64,000 nucleotides of DNA from Anaerolineae bacterium. Lineage in GTDB: Bacteria > Chloroflexota > Anaerolineae > B4-G1 > SLSP01. The stretch is taken from NCBI GenBank assembly GCA_034432595.1, contig DAOUBT010000052.1:1-64000 (forward strand), in the 5' to 3' direction. Both the position numbers and the translations under genes were made by a program. Below the pieces are notes generated by a model. The model did not search any database, had not been told where the DNA came from, and worked only from the letters and a program-made list of their open reading frames with translations. Numbering within the stretch: position 1 is the first letter of the stretch; every line of letters begins with the position of its first letter. This document shows, piece after piece, positions 39,470-48,240 of this stretch.

Positions 39470-40228
39470 GCTCACCCCGTTTCTGGCTGGAAAGGCCCGT
39501 CCCAGGCAGGCCTGGGGATACGGGAAAATGCGTTGCCTCTGGCTGGTAAGCCTTTCCCAGGCAAAGCCGGAGGATACGGGAAAATGCGTTGCCTCTGGCT
39601 GGTTAAGCTCTTCCCAGGCAGAGCCGGAGGATACGGGAAAATGCGTTGCCTCTGGCTGGTTAAGCTCTTCCCAGGCAAAGCCGGAGGATACGGGAAAATG
39701 CGTTGCCTCTGGCTGGTTAAGTCCATCCCAGGCAAAGCCTGGGGATACGAGGAAATGCGTTGTATCACCAGCCTCTGGCTGGTTAAGTCCATCCCAGGCA
39801 AAGCCGGAGGATACGGAGGCTGGTCAGGCCCATCCCAGGCAGAGCCTGGGGATACAGGGACTGGTTAACCCCATCCCAGACAGAGCCTGGGGATACAGGG
39901 ACTGGTTAACCCCATCCCAGGTAGAGCCTGGGGATACAGGGACTGGTTAACCCCATCCCAGGCAGAGCCTGGGGATACGGAGGCTGGTCAGGTCCATCTC
40001 AGGCAGAGCCTGGGGATACAGAGACTGGTTAAGCTTTTCCCAGGCAAAGCCTGGGGATACAGAGACTGGTTAAGCTTTTCCCAGGCAGAGCCTGGGGATA
40101 CGGAGACTGGTCAGGCCCGTCCCAGGCAGAGCCTGGGGATACAGGGACTGGTTAAGCTCTTCCCAGGCAAAGCCTGGGGATACGGAGGCTGGTCAGGCCC
40201 GTCCCAGGCAGAGCCTGGGGATACGGCA
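39470..40228. repeat. intergenic tandem array of ~16 hairpin-bearing repeats (five 57-bp units then ~11 41-bp units)
   Basis: Direct tandem units such as ggactggttaaccccatcccaggcagagcctggggatacag. Each contains an inverted repeat cccagg-c(a/g)aag-cctggg. The first five units carry an extra gaaaatgcgttgcctctg insert. Fills the whole gap between convergent malQ and the lytic transglycosylase gene. Confidence 0.85.
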
Positions 40229-40233
40229 CCCCC

Positions 40234-42651
40234 TCACGGTGCGGTGTAAAACCAGCGATAGCGCGCGTAATGCTCCGTGATGCGCTGTACATAGAGCCGC
40301 GTCTCGCTCAGACTGATCAGCTCGAAAAACAGATCCGGATCGCCACCCGCCGCCTCACGCCAGCGTGCCGCGTTACCCGGCCCGCCGTTGTACCCGGCCA
40401 ACGCCGCGCGGATGTCGCCATCGAAGCGCTGCACCTGTTGCATCAGATACCACACCCCAAACCGCACGCTCACCATCGGACGGTACAAATCCGCGGTCTT
40501 ATAACCCGGCGGCCAGCCCAAACGGCCGGCGATGTATTCCCCCGTGCTCGGAATCACCTGCATCAGCCCGTGTGCCGCCGCGGAAGAGGTAGCCTCCCCC
40601 TCGAAAAGGCTCTCCTGTCGCACCAGCGCGTAAAGGAGCAGCGGGTCCACGTCGTAGCGCTGCGCTTCCGCATCGATGAGGTCGGTATAGTAGCGCGGGT
40701 AAATCAGGCAGCCCAGAAACGGCGGAAGCGCCTCCAACGCTTGACCGGTGAGCCGCCATACTGTCGCCGCGGCCAGAATCGAAGAGCGGTACAGCCCGAT
40801 GTCACGGAAATAAAGCGCCAGACGGTACTGCGTCAGCGCGTCATACGTCGTGTCGGTGCGCAGTGCCTCCAGCTCCGCTTTGCCTTCGTCGAAGTGGCCC
40901 ACTTCCAGCAACAGCGTGCCGCGTTGCAAGCGCCCATCTCCGGCCAGGGAAGGGGGCAGCGCCGCCAGGCCGGAAGCGTCCAGCCCCAGCCAGCGCGCCA
41001 GCCAGGCTTCCCAGGCACGTTGCGCTTCCGGATCCGTACACGCCCCCGTGAACGTGCCACCCGGCGTGAAGGGCGCCGTTCCGCTCAACACTTCAGCCGC
41101 GCGCAGGCCGTAGACATCCCAGCGCTCCTCCTGTGCCAGGGCCTGCAAGGTCTGCGTGCCGGAGAGGGTATCCCCGGCAGCGAGGGCGCTCTTCCCCAGC
41201 CAGAAACGGGCCGCCGTGGCGCGCGCGTGGGCGGGATAACGCTGCACCAGGGCCGCCCAGTGCGCCTGCGCCGGTTGAAGGCTGCCGGCGCGGTAGCTGA
41301 GCAATCCGGCCTGGAAGAGCGCTTCGGGGGCCGTTTCATCCTCTGGATAGCGACGCGCCATCTCCGCGTAGAGGTCGGCGGCACGCAGCCAATCTCCGCG
41401 CCCGGCCAGAAGTTGCGCCGCCTCACGCAAGGCCTGCGCCGCGCGGTGATGCGTCGGTAGCGTATCCGGCAACGCGCGATACGCGGCCACCGCATCCTCG
41501 ATGCGGTCCAGCGCTGCGAGCGCTTGCGCTTTGCCCAGCAGCGCGCTTCCCCAGTAGGCATCATCGGGATGGGTATCCAGCAGAAGCTGGAATTCGCGCA
41601 AAGCCGCGCTCGCGTTATCCGCCTTCAGATACGCCTGCCCCAGGTAGAAATGCGCTTCGCCATCATGATCGGGATGCGCGTCTAAAAAGCGCTGGTAGGC
41701 AGCGATGGCAGGGTCATAAGCACCGGCGTAATAATCCACCAGGCCGCGCAGGGCATCGTTGACCGGCTGCCCGGCATTGACGAGGCGAATCAGCGCCTGA
41801 TAGGCGTAAGAAGAGGCGGGGTAATCCACCAGCAGGGCCTGCATCCGTGCGTAAGCGTCATCACTCTGGCCGAAAAGCAGCGCTGTCTCCGCCGCCTGAT
41901 ACATAATGTAGGCGCGGTAACTGGCATTTTGCGCCGCGCCGAGGATAGCGTCATATTGGGCCAGCGCTGCCGTGCCGTCCCCTGCCATGGCATAGGTGAG
42001 AGCGAGCTTTTCACGCAGCGCGAGACGTGCACTGAGGCCAACGGTCGCATCAAGCGCGCTCAGATACGCGGTGCGCGCCGTCTCATAATCCCCCGCGGCA
42101 TAAGCGGCATCGCCAATCCAGGTGTCGGCATAGCGCGAAAGGTCGGGATATGCGGCGCGGAAAGTGCGGTAGTGTTCGATAGCCTCCGCAGGACGCCCGG
42201 CGCGTTGCAGAATATCCCCTATCAGCACGTGGATGCGCGCGTCAGCCTGCGCATCGCCGCCGAGTGCATGGGTCAACGTATCCAGTGCTGCGTCCGTTTC
42301 ACCGAGGGCCGCCTGCGCCCGTCCCAGACCCATCCATGCACGGCGCAACCCATCCGGCGACAACGTCCCTGCCTGCACGGCATACGTGAAAAGTGAGACG
42401 GCCATTTCGTAGTCACCGTTGTTCAGGGCCTGCTCCGCAGCGCCGAGCGCCTCTGGCAAAGGCGGAAAGGGCGTGGGTGTGGGCAAAGGCGTAGCCGTGG
42501 GCGTCGCCGCAGGTGGGAGCGGAGAAGGGGAGGGAGTGGGCGTCGCCGTCAGCGAGGCGGTGGGTGTAGCAGAGGGTGACCCCAGCATGGGACGCCATCC
42601 GCATCCCGCCAACAATCCAGCCAACACGATAAACAGGGCTAATTTACGCAT
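40234..42651 (-). CDS. TPR-repeat soluble lytic murein transglycosylase (SLT domain) lipoprotein
   Basis: Lipobox LLAGCGW, a PT-rich linker, many TPR-like helices, and a C-terminal SLT motif (ESLFEGEATSSAAAHGLMQVIPSTG...YNGGPGN). Confidence 0.75.
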   Translation of the reverse strand: MRKLALFIVLAGLLAGCGWRPMLGSPSATPTASLTATPTPSPSPLPPAATPTATPLPTPTPFPPLPEALGAAEQALNNGDYEMAVSLFTYAVQAGTLSPDGLRRAWMGLGRAQAALGETDAALDTLTHALGGDAQADARIHVLIGDILQRAGRPAEAIEHYRTFRAAYPDLSRYADTWIGDAAYAAGDYETARTAYLSALDATVGLSARLALREKLALTYAMAGDGTAALAQYDAILGAAQNASYRAYIMYQAAETALLFGQSDDAYARMQALLVDYPASSYAYQALIRLVNAGQPVNDALRGLVDYYAGAYDPAIAAYQRFLDAHPDHDGEAHFYLGQAYLKADNASAALREFQLLLDTHPDDAYWGSALLGKAQALAALDRIEDAVAAYRALPDTLPTHHRAAQALREAAQLLAGRGDWLRAADLYAEMARRYPEDETAPEALFQAGLLSYRAGSLQPAQAHWAALVQRYPAHARATAARFWLGKSALAAGDTLSGTQTLQALAQEERWDVYGLRAAEVLSGTAPFTPGGTFTGACTDPEAQRAWEAWLARWLGLDASGLAALPPSLAGDGRLQRGTLLLEVGHFDEGKAELEALRTDTTYDALTQYRLALYFRDIGLYRSSILAAATVWRLTGQALEALPPFLGCLIYPRYYTDLIDAEAQRYDVDPLLLYALVRQESLFEGEATSSAAAHGLMQVIPSTGEYIAGRLGWPPGYKTADLYRPMVSVRFGVWYLMQQVQRFDGDIRAALAGYNGGPGNAARWREAAGGDPDLFFELISLSETRLYVQRITEHYARYRWFYTAP

Positions 42652-42787
42652 GAGGGCATGATACCTGAAACGCGCGCGGCGTCAAGGCGTTGCAAAAGTC
42701 AGGCCGGCATTGCAGCAGCGAGAAAACCCGCATCGGGCAACGTGAACTCTGACCTGAAATGATCGCGCGGGTCAGGCTTGCCAGCTA

Positions 42788-42796
42788 TGGTATAAT
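42788..42796 (+). promoter_or_regulatory. extended -10 promoter element (TGgTATAAT) upstream of the TPP riboswitch
   Basis: The sequence tggtataat lies ~30 nt upstream of the riboswitch start. No good -35 seen. Confidence 0.35.
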
Positions 42797-42825
42797 TGAA
42801 GTGCATCTTAAAAGGCTAAGTCAGC

Positions 42826-42920
42826 CAGGGGAGTCCGGGGAGCCGGGCTGAGAGGGCGTTCACGTATCCAACGCCGACCCTTGACCTGATCTGGATCATA
42901 CCAGCGTAGGGAGGCTCACG
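42826..42920 (+). promoter_or_regulatory. TPP (thiamine pyrophosphate) riboswitch, THI element
   Basis: Contains gggctgagag (CUGAGA) and the THI box acccttgacctgatctggatcataccagcgtaggga. Lies in the 5' leader of tpk-thiBPQ. Confidence 0.8.
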
Positions 42921-42933
42921 CAACACGATTTGA

Positions 42934-42964
42934 ATCCTCGCCCAAGCTGGCGAGGATTTTTTGT
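42934..42964 (+). terminator. riboswitch expression-platform terminator
   Basis: Hairpin atcctcgcc-caagctg-gcgaggat followed by tttttgtt, between the aptamer and the tpk start. Confidence 0.6.
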
Positions 42965-43042
42965 TATCGGGAACTGGATACTGGATGCTGGTTGCCAGCT
43001 TCCAGCTTCCGCTTTCAGACAACGTTCTATGGCGAGGTGGCT

Positions 43043-43675
43043 ATGTCACGCATCATCATCTTTGCCAACGGCCCCATCGCTGACGTAGAGGGCGAAGCGC
43101 GGCGTTACCTGCGCCCAACCGATCGCCTCATCGCAGCGGATGGAGGTATGCGCCATCTGCGCGCCCTGGGATTGCGCCCGGAGCGCATCATCGGCGACGG
43201 GGATTCGCTACCGCCCGATCTCGACCTGAGCGACATCCCTTTCATCCGTTACCCGGCTGCCAAAGATGAAACCGACCTTGAGCTGGCCCTGCTCTGGGCG
43301 GCACAGGAGCCGACGCCGGAAATCGGCGTGCTCGGTGCGCTGGGCGGACGGCTCGATCACGAGCTGGCGAACCTGCTCCTGCTCGCCCTGCCGCAACTGC
43401 GCGGCAAAGAGGTCTGGATGGCGGGGAACGGCTGGCGCGTCACCTGTCTGCACGGCGGGGAGACGCGCAGCGTGCGCGCCGCCCCTGGCACCACCCTCTC
43501 CCTCATCCCGCTGGGGGGACCGGCGCAGGGCATCCGCACGCAGGGATTGGCCTATCCGCTGCGCGATGAACCGCTCCACTTCGGCCCGGCGCGCGGCGTG
43601 AGCAACGTCCTCACGCAAGACGTGGTCACCATCAGCCTGCGGGAAGGTTTGCTCTGGTGCTTTATCGAAGCGTAG
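43043..43675 (+). CDS. tpk: thiamine pyrophosphokinase
   Basis: MSRIIIFANGP...LIAADGGMRHL...IGDGDSLPPD matches TPK family motifs. ATG 43043; the track ORF starts upstream at a TTG. Confidence 0.75.
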   Translation: MSRIIIFANGPIADVEGEARRYLRPTDRLIAADGGMRHLRALGLRPERIIGDGDSLPPDLDLSDIPFIRYPAAKDETDLELALLWAAQEPTPEIGVLGALGGRLDHELANLLLLALPQLRGKEVWMAGNGWRVTCLHGGETRSVRAAPGTTLSLIPLGGPAQGIRTQGLAYPLRDEPLHFGPARGVSNVLTQDVVTISLREGLLWCFIEA

Positions 43676-43806
43676 CGCGGAGGCGAAGCTGCGCCACAGG
43701 GAATCATAGCTTGACGCCACGCCTTGACGGCGCAGATCCTGGCCTTCCGTTTAACCGACGGTTGTGCATATGGCTTGACCCATTTTTTAAGCTGAAGGAG
43801 GTAAAC

Positions 43807-44856
43807 ATGAAACGCATTTTGTACTTGACCCTGGTTTTGAGCCTGCTCCTGGTGGCCTGCGCGCGTCCCACGCCCGCAGGTCCGCGCGTACTGCGCGTCA
43901 TCACCCACAGCAGCTTCAGCCTCAGCGAGGATGTGGTCCGCGCTTTCGAGCAGGCGCACAACGTCACCCTGCAATTCATCAAAGGCGGGGATACGGGCAC
44001 GCTGCTCAATCAGCTCATCCTGAGCAAAGACAACCCGCCCGCGGATGTCGTGTACGGCATAGACAACACCTTCCTCAGCCGCGCCCTGCAGGCTGACCTG
44101 CTTGTCCCGTACAGCGCGCCCAATCTCAAAGCCATCCCCGCCGAATTCAAGCTCGATGCGCAGAACCGCGCCCTGCCGGTAGACTTTGGGGATGTGTGCC
44201 TCAACTACGACAAGGCTTACTTCGAGCAGCACGGTCTTGCCATCCCGCAGCGCCTGCAGGACCTCACGCGCCCGGAGTATAAGAGTCTGCTCGTCGTCGA
44301 GGACCCATCCACCTCCTCGCCGGGCCTGGCCTTCCTGCTCACCACCATCGCCACCTTTGGCGAAGATGGCTATCTGGATTTCTGGCGCGCGTTGCGGGAT
44401 AACGATGTCCTCATCGTCAACGACTGGGATACCGCCTACTACACCGAGTTCAGCGGCGGGGCCTACAGCGAAGGCGCGCGTCCGCTGGTGGTGAGTTACG
44501 CCACCAGCCCCGCAGCGGAAGTGTACTTCAGCGAGGGCAAACTCACCACCCCGCCCACCGGCGCCATCGTCGCCCCCGGCACCTGCTTCCGGCAAATCGA
44601 ATTTGTCGGCATCCTTAAAAACGGGCAAAACCGCGACCTGGCCGAGGCCTTCGTCAACGCCATGTTGAGCCTGAGCTTCCAGGAAGACATTCCCCTGCAG
44701 ATGTGGGTCTATCCCGTCCATCCGCAGGCCCGACTGCCGCAAGTTTTTGTGGAGCATGGCCTGGTAGCCAATCAGCCGGCACGGCTTGACCCGCAAGCCA
44801 TCGAACAGAACCGCGAACGCTGGATCGAAGCCTGGCGCGGCGCAGCCCTGCCATGA
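43807..44856 (+). CDS. thiB: thiamine ABC transporter substrate-binding protein
   Basis: Lipoprotein signal LLLVACA. Co-linear similarity to ThiB/TbpA (DVVYGIDNTFLSRA, EDPSTSSPGLAFLL, SYATSPAAEVYF). RBS AAGGAGG. Confidence 0.8.
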   Translation: MKRILYLTLVLSLLLVACARPTPAGPRVLRVITHSSFSLSEDVVRAFEQAHNVTLQFIKGGDTGTLLNQLILSKDNPPADVVYGIDNTFLSRALQADLLVPYSAPNLKAIPAEFKLDAQNRALPVDFGDVCLNYDKAYFEQHGLAIPQRLQDLTRPEYKSLLVVEDPSTSSPGLAFLLTTIATFGEDGYLDFWRALRDNDVLIVNDWDTAYYTEFSGGAYSEGARPLVVSYATSPAAEVYFSEGKLTTPPTGAIVAPGTCFRQIEFVGILKNGQNRDLAEAFVNAMLSLSFQEDIPLQMWVYPVHPQARLPQVFVEHGLVANQPARLDPQAIEQNRERWIEAWRGAALP

Positions 44857-46493
44857 AGCGCATCGGACGCATCCGGCCTGGAGCGGGATGGCTCGCGCTG
44901 CTGCCGCTGAGCTTCCTGCTCCTGGCCTACTTCTACCCGCTGGCGCACATCCTGCAGGTGAGCATCACCTGGGGCGCGCTCAACCTGCCCGCAGGTTGGG
45001 CGCGCGCGCTGGGTTTCACCTTCACGCAGGCCGTGCTTTCCACGCTCCTCACCGTGATTGTGGGCCTGCCGGGAGCAGCAGCCCTGGCGCGCTACGATTT
45101 CCCCGCGCGGCGGCTGCTGAGCGTGCTCACCGGCGTGCCCTTCGTGTTGCCCACCGTCGTCGTTGCCGCGGCTTTCAACGCCGTGCTCGGCCCGCGCTCC
45201 CCGCTGAACGCGCTCCTCGTCACCCTGGGCCTGCCGACGTTGGACCTGCGCTACAGCCTGGTGGCGATTCTGCTGGCGCACATCTTCTACAACCTGACCC
45301 TGGTGATTCGCTTTGTGGGCACGTTTTGGGAGAGCCTCGATCCGCGTCTGGAAGAAGCCGCGCGCATGTTGGGCGCCTCGCGTTGGCGCGCCTGGGCCGA
45401 CGTGACCCTGCCGCTGCTCGCCCCTGCCCTGGGCGCGGCAGCGCTCCTCACCTTTATCTTCTGCTTCACAAGTTTCGGCGTCATCCTCATCCTGGGTGGA
45501 CCGCGCTTCGCCACGTTGGAAGTGGAGATTTACCGGCAGACGGTGCAATACCTGAACCTGCCCGCCGCAGCGGTCCTGGCGCTTCTGCAACTGGGCTTCA
45601 CGCTTGGCCTCACCCTGGCCTACACGCGCCTGCAAGCGCACCTGAGCCGCCCTTTAGAGTTCCGCCGTGCCGAAACGCTACGGCGTCCGCCCCGCCGTTG
45701 GGAAGCCGTGGCGCTCTATGCCTATCTGGCCCTGTTAGGGCTGTGGATTGGATTACCGCTCCTGACCCTGGTGGCACGTTCGTGGAGCGAGGGGGGACGC
45801 TACTACCTGGCGCTTTTTGAGAACCCGCGCCGCGCCTTGTTCTATGTTCCGCCGGTGGTCGCCGTGCGCAACTCGCTCAGCCTGGGCCTGGCGACCACGG
45901 GACTGGCGTTGCTCCTGGGGCTGCCGGCGGCCTTAGCTCTGCGCCAGCAACGCCGCGGCTGGCTCTTCGACGCGCTGTTGATGCTCCCTTTAGGCACCTC
46001 GGCGGTCACGTTAGGCCTGGGCTACCTGCTGAGCTGGAATCGTCCGCCCCTGGATTTACGCGGTTCGCCGCTGCTCCTGTGGATGGCGCACACCCTGGTA
46101 GCCCTGCCCTTTGTCGTGCGCAACCTGCTGCCCGCCCTCAACGCCATCCGCCCACAGCTCCGCGAAGCGGCGCTAATCCTGGGCGCGCCTCCCCGGCGCG
46201 TGTTTTGGGATGTGGATTTGCCGCTCATCTGGCGCGCGCTGCTGGTGGGAGCGATGTTCGCCTTCACCATCTCCCTGGGCGAGTTCAGCGCCACCGTCCT
46301 GCTCACCCGCCCGGACTGGCCCACCATCCCGGTGGCGATTTACCGCTTCCTGGGCCTGCCGGGCGCCGCCAATTACGGGCAGGCGATGGCCATGTCTACC
46401 CTGCTGATGGGCGTGTGCACCATCGCTTTTATCATCGGCGAAAACCTGCGCCCCCCTTCCGAAGTCAAGGGGGAACTGGGGATGGAAGCATGA
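44853..46493 (+). CDS. thiP: thiamine ABC transporter permease (duplicated TMD)
   Basis: 546 aa with two 6-TM halves, each carrying an EAA-like loop (EEAARMLGASRWRAW, REAALILGAPPRRVF). 4-nt overlap with thiB. Confidence 0.8.
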   Translation: MKRIGRIRPGAGWLALLPLSFLLLAYFYPLAHILQVSITWGALNLPAGWARALGFTFTQAVLSTLLTVIVGLPGAAALARYDFPARRLLSVLTGVPFVLPTVVVAAAFNAVLGPRSPLNALLVTLGLPTLDLRYSLVAILLAHIFYNLTLVIRFVGTFWESLDPRLEEAARMLGASRWRAWADVTLPLLAPALGAAALLTFIFCFTSFGVILILGGPRFATLEVEIYRQTVQYLNLPAAAVLALLQLGFTLGLTLAYTRLQAHLSRPLEFRRAETLRRPPRRWEAVALYAYLALLGLWIGLPLLTLVARSWSEGGRYYLALFENPRRALFYVPPVVAVRNSLSLGLATTGLALLLGLPAALALRQQRRGWLFDALLMLPLGTSAVTLGLGYLLSWNRPPLDLRGSPLLLWMAHTLVALPFVVRNLLPALNAIRPQLREAALILGAPPRRVFWDVDLPLIWRALLVGAMFAFTISLGEFSATVLLTRPDWPTIPVAIYRFLGLPGAANYGQAMAMSTLLMGVCTIAFIIGENLRPPSEVKGELGMEA

Positions 46494-46596
46494 AACGCGC
46501 GCAGGGAGGGATGGCCGCGGTCTGCCAAAGCCGCAGGCACGGTGGGAGCTTGACGTTGTTTTTGGACATAACCCTATCTGACGAAAGGAAACGCGC

Positions 46597-47649
46597 GTGG
46601 CTTTTCTAACCTTGCAAGGCCTTTACAAACAGTACGCGGGCGAACCCTTGCTGGAAGACATCACCATCAACTTAGAACAGGGTGAGTTGGCCTGCCTGTT
46701 AGGCCCTTCCGGCAGTGGCAAAACGACGCTGTTGCGTCTCATCGCCGGGCTGGAGACACCCGATGCGGGGCGCATTGTGTTGGCTGGGGAGGACATCACC
46801 GCCTGCCCGCCGCACCGCCGCGGGATTGGGCTGATGTTCCAGGATTACGCACTCTTCCCGCACAAGAACGTGGCGCAGAACGTCGCTTACGGGCTGGAAG
46901 TGCAGGGGATGCGCGGCGCGGCGCTGCGCGCGCGTGTGCAGGAAATGCTGGAGCTGGTGGGCCTGCGCGGCTTCGAGACACGCGACGTGGCTTCGCTTTC
47001 GGGCGGGGAGCGGCAGCGCGTCGCTTTGGCGCGCAGTCTGGCCCCGCATCCGCGCCTGCTGCTGTTGGATGAACCCCTCGGCGCGCTGGACCGCACCTTA
47101 CGCGAGCGCTTGCTGGATGAGGTGCGCGCCATCCTGCGCCGGGTGCAGGTCACCGCCATCACCGTGACGCACGATCAAGAAGAGGCCTTCGCCCTGGCCG
47201 ACCATATCTTCATCCTGCACGCGGGACGGATTCAACAGCATGGCGCGCCGGATGCAATTTATGAGCGCCCCGTCTCGCCCTGGGTCGCGCGCTTCCTGGG
47301 GTTGCACAACCTCTATGCGGCGCGGGTGGTGAACCACACCCCGCCAGAAGTGACGTGTGCCCTGGGCCGGGTGCGCCTGACGGAAGCCTTGCCGCCCATC
47401 GGCACGGAGGGGATGCTGCTTGTTTCGCCCTGGGGCGTGCGGCTTGAGGACGGTCCCAACCGCCTGGAAGCCATCTGCGGGGCGCGGCGCTATCAAGGCG
47501 GACGCTATCGCCTGCTGCTTGAGAGCGGGAGCGCAACGCTGGAAGCCTTCATCACCAACGCCCCACCCCCGCCCGAAGGGGCGCGCGTCCCGTGCAGCCT
47601 GTCCCCTGCCGCGCTGCGCTGGCTTTCCGCGGGCGAGTTGTCAAAATAG
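46597..47649 (+). CDS. thiQ: ABC transporter ATP-binding protein of the thiamine operon (with C-terminal regulatory/TOBE-like domain)
   Basis: GTG start after GAAAGGAAA. Walker A GPSGSGKTT, signature LSGGERQRVALARSL, Walker B LLLLDEPLGALD. Confidence 0.75.
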   Translation: MAFLTLQGLYKQYAGEPLLEDITINLEQGELACLLGPSGSGKTTLLRLIAGLETPDAGRIVLAGEDITACPPHRRGIGLMFQDYALFPHKNVAQNVAYGLEVQGMRGAALRARVQEMLELVGLRGFETRDVASLSGGERQRVALARSLAPHPRLLLLDEPLGALDRTLRERLLDEVRAILRRVQVTAITVTHDQEEAFALADHIFILHAGRIQQHGAPDAIYERPVSPWVARFLGLHNLYAARVVNHTPPEVTCALGRVRLTEALPPIGTEGMLLVSPWGVRLEDGPNRLEAICGARRYQGGRYRLLLESGSATLEAFITNAPPPPEGARVPCSLSPAALRWLSAGELSK

Positions 47650-47665
47650 AGGATCGTGCTATAAT
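47638..47665 (+). promoter_or_regulatory. sigma70-type promoter for tRNA-Gln
   Basis: TTGTCA, a 16-nt spacer, then TATAAT ending ~17 nt before the tRNA 5' end. Overlaps the thiQ stop. Confidence 0.45.
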
Positions 47666-47681
47666 CCGCGCTGCCCAGTTT

Positions 47682-47755
47682 TGGGGGCTCGTCTAACGGT
47701 AGGACAGCGGACTCTGGATCCGTATGTGGGGGTTCGAATCCTCCGCCCCCAGCAG
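47682..47755 (+). tRNA. tRNA-Gln (anticodon CTG)
   Basis: Acceptor stem tgggggc/gccccca. Anticodon stem-loop gcgga-ctCTGga-tccgt. T-arm ggggg-ttcgaat-cctcc. CCA not encoded. Confidence 0.8.
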
Positions 47756-47758
47756 GTC

Positions 47759-47793
47759 AAGCGCCGGTGCGTCAAACACCGGCGCTTTTTTTG
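47759..47793 (+). terminator. intrinsic terminator after tRNA-Gln
   Basis: Hairpin aagcgccggtg-cgtcaaaca-ccggcgctt followed by ttttttt. Confidence 0.65.
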
Positions 47794-48240
47794 CCCCAAC
47801 GCTGAACCATGCCCCCTATCAGCCCGATACCTCGACGATTCGACGCCCCTCTGCCGCCCGTGTGGGCTGGGATTGGCTTTGGATAGGCGCATCCCCGCTA
47901 CCCCGCCTGAATGGGCTGCGGCTTCATGCTCAGGCAGGTTGGCCGCGACGGAAAAGGTCTGCTCCATCGTCAGTGTAGGATTCAGAAGGGCATCAACGTG
48001 GGGAGGAGGAGCCATGCCGTCGCCCATCTCTGATAACCCCGTGAACTCCAGGGTTGCATGTTAAGAGCTGTCCCTGGCTTGATACGCCCCTGTAACGGCC
48101 CGGGGTTTCGTTTTCCCCCTTTTTAGAGTAAAATAAAAGTACCATTCAGGAATTGCAGCGCGCAAAGCTCAGCGCAAAGCGGAAGGATGGTTTCGGGCAA
48201 AGCACGCGATCGGCCCTACGCTCTGAAGGGGGAGATTGTT

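Noticed and set aside
39284-39950. ORFs 39284..39868, 39462..39950 (+) and 39472..39801 (-) inside the hairpin repeat array
   Set aside because: They are generated by the periodic repeats, lack an RBS, and overlap the malQ 3' end and its terminator. The region is treated as non-coding.
39470-40228. Possible CRISPR array
   Set aside because: The repeats are directly adjacent with no unique spacers, and the unit length is variable (41 versus 57 bp). No cas genes occur anywhere in the window.
47636-47800. tRNA-Gln as an integration hotspot / genomic island boundary
   Set aside because: There is no integrase, no phage or transposase genes, and no visible direct repeat of the tRNA 3' end in the flanks. 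The tRNA has its own promoter and terminator and looks like a normal chromosomal locus.
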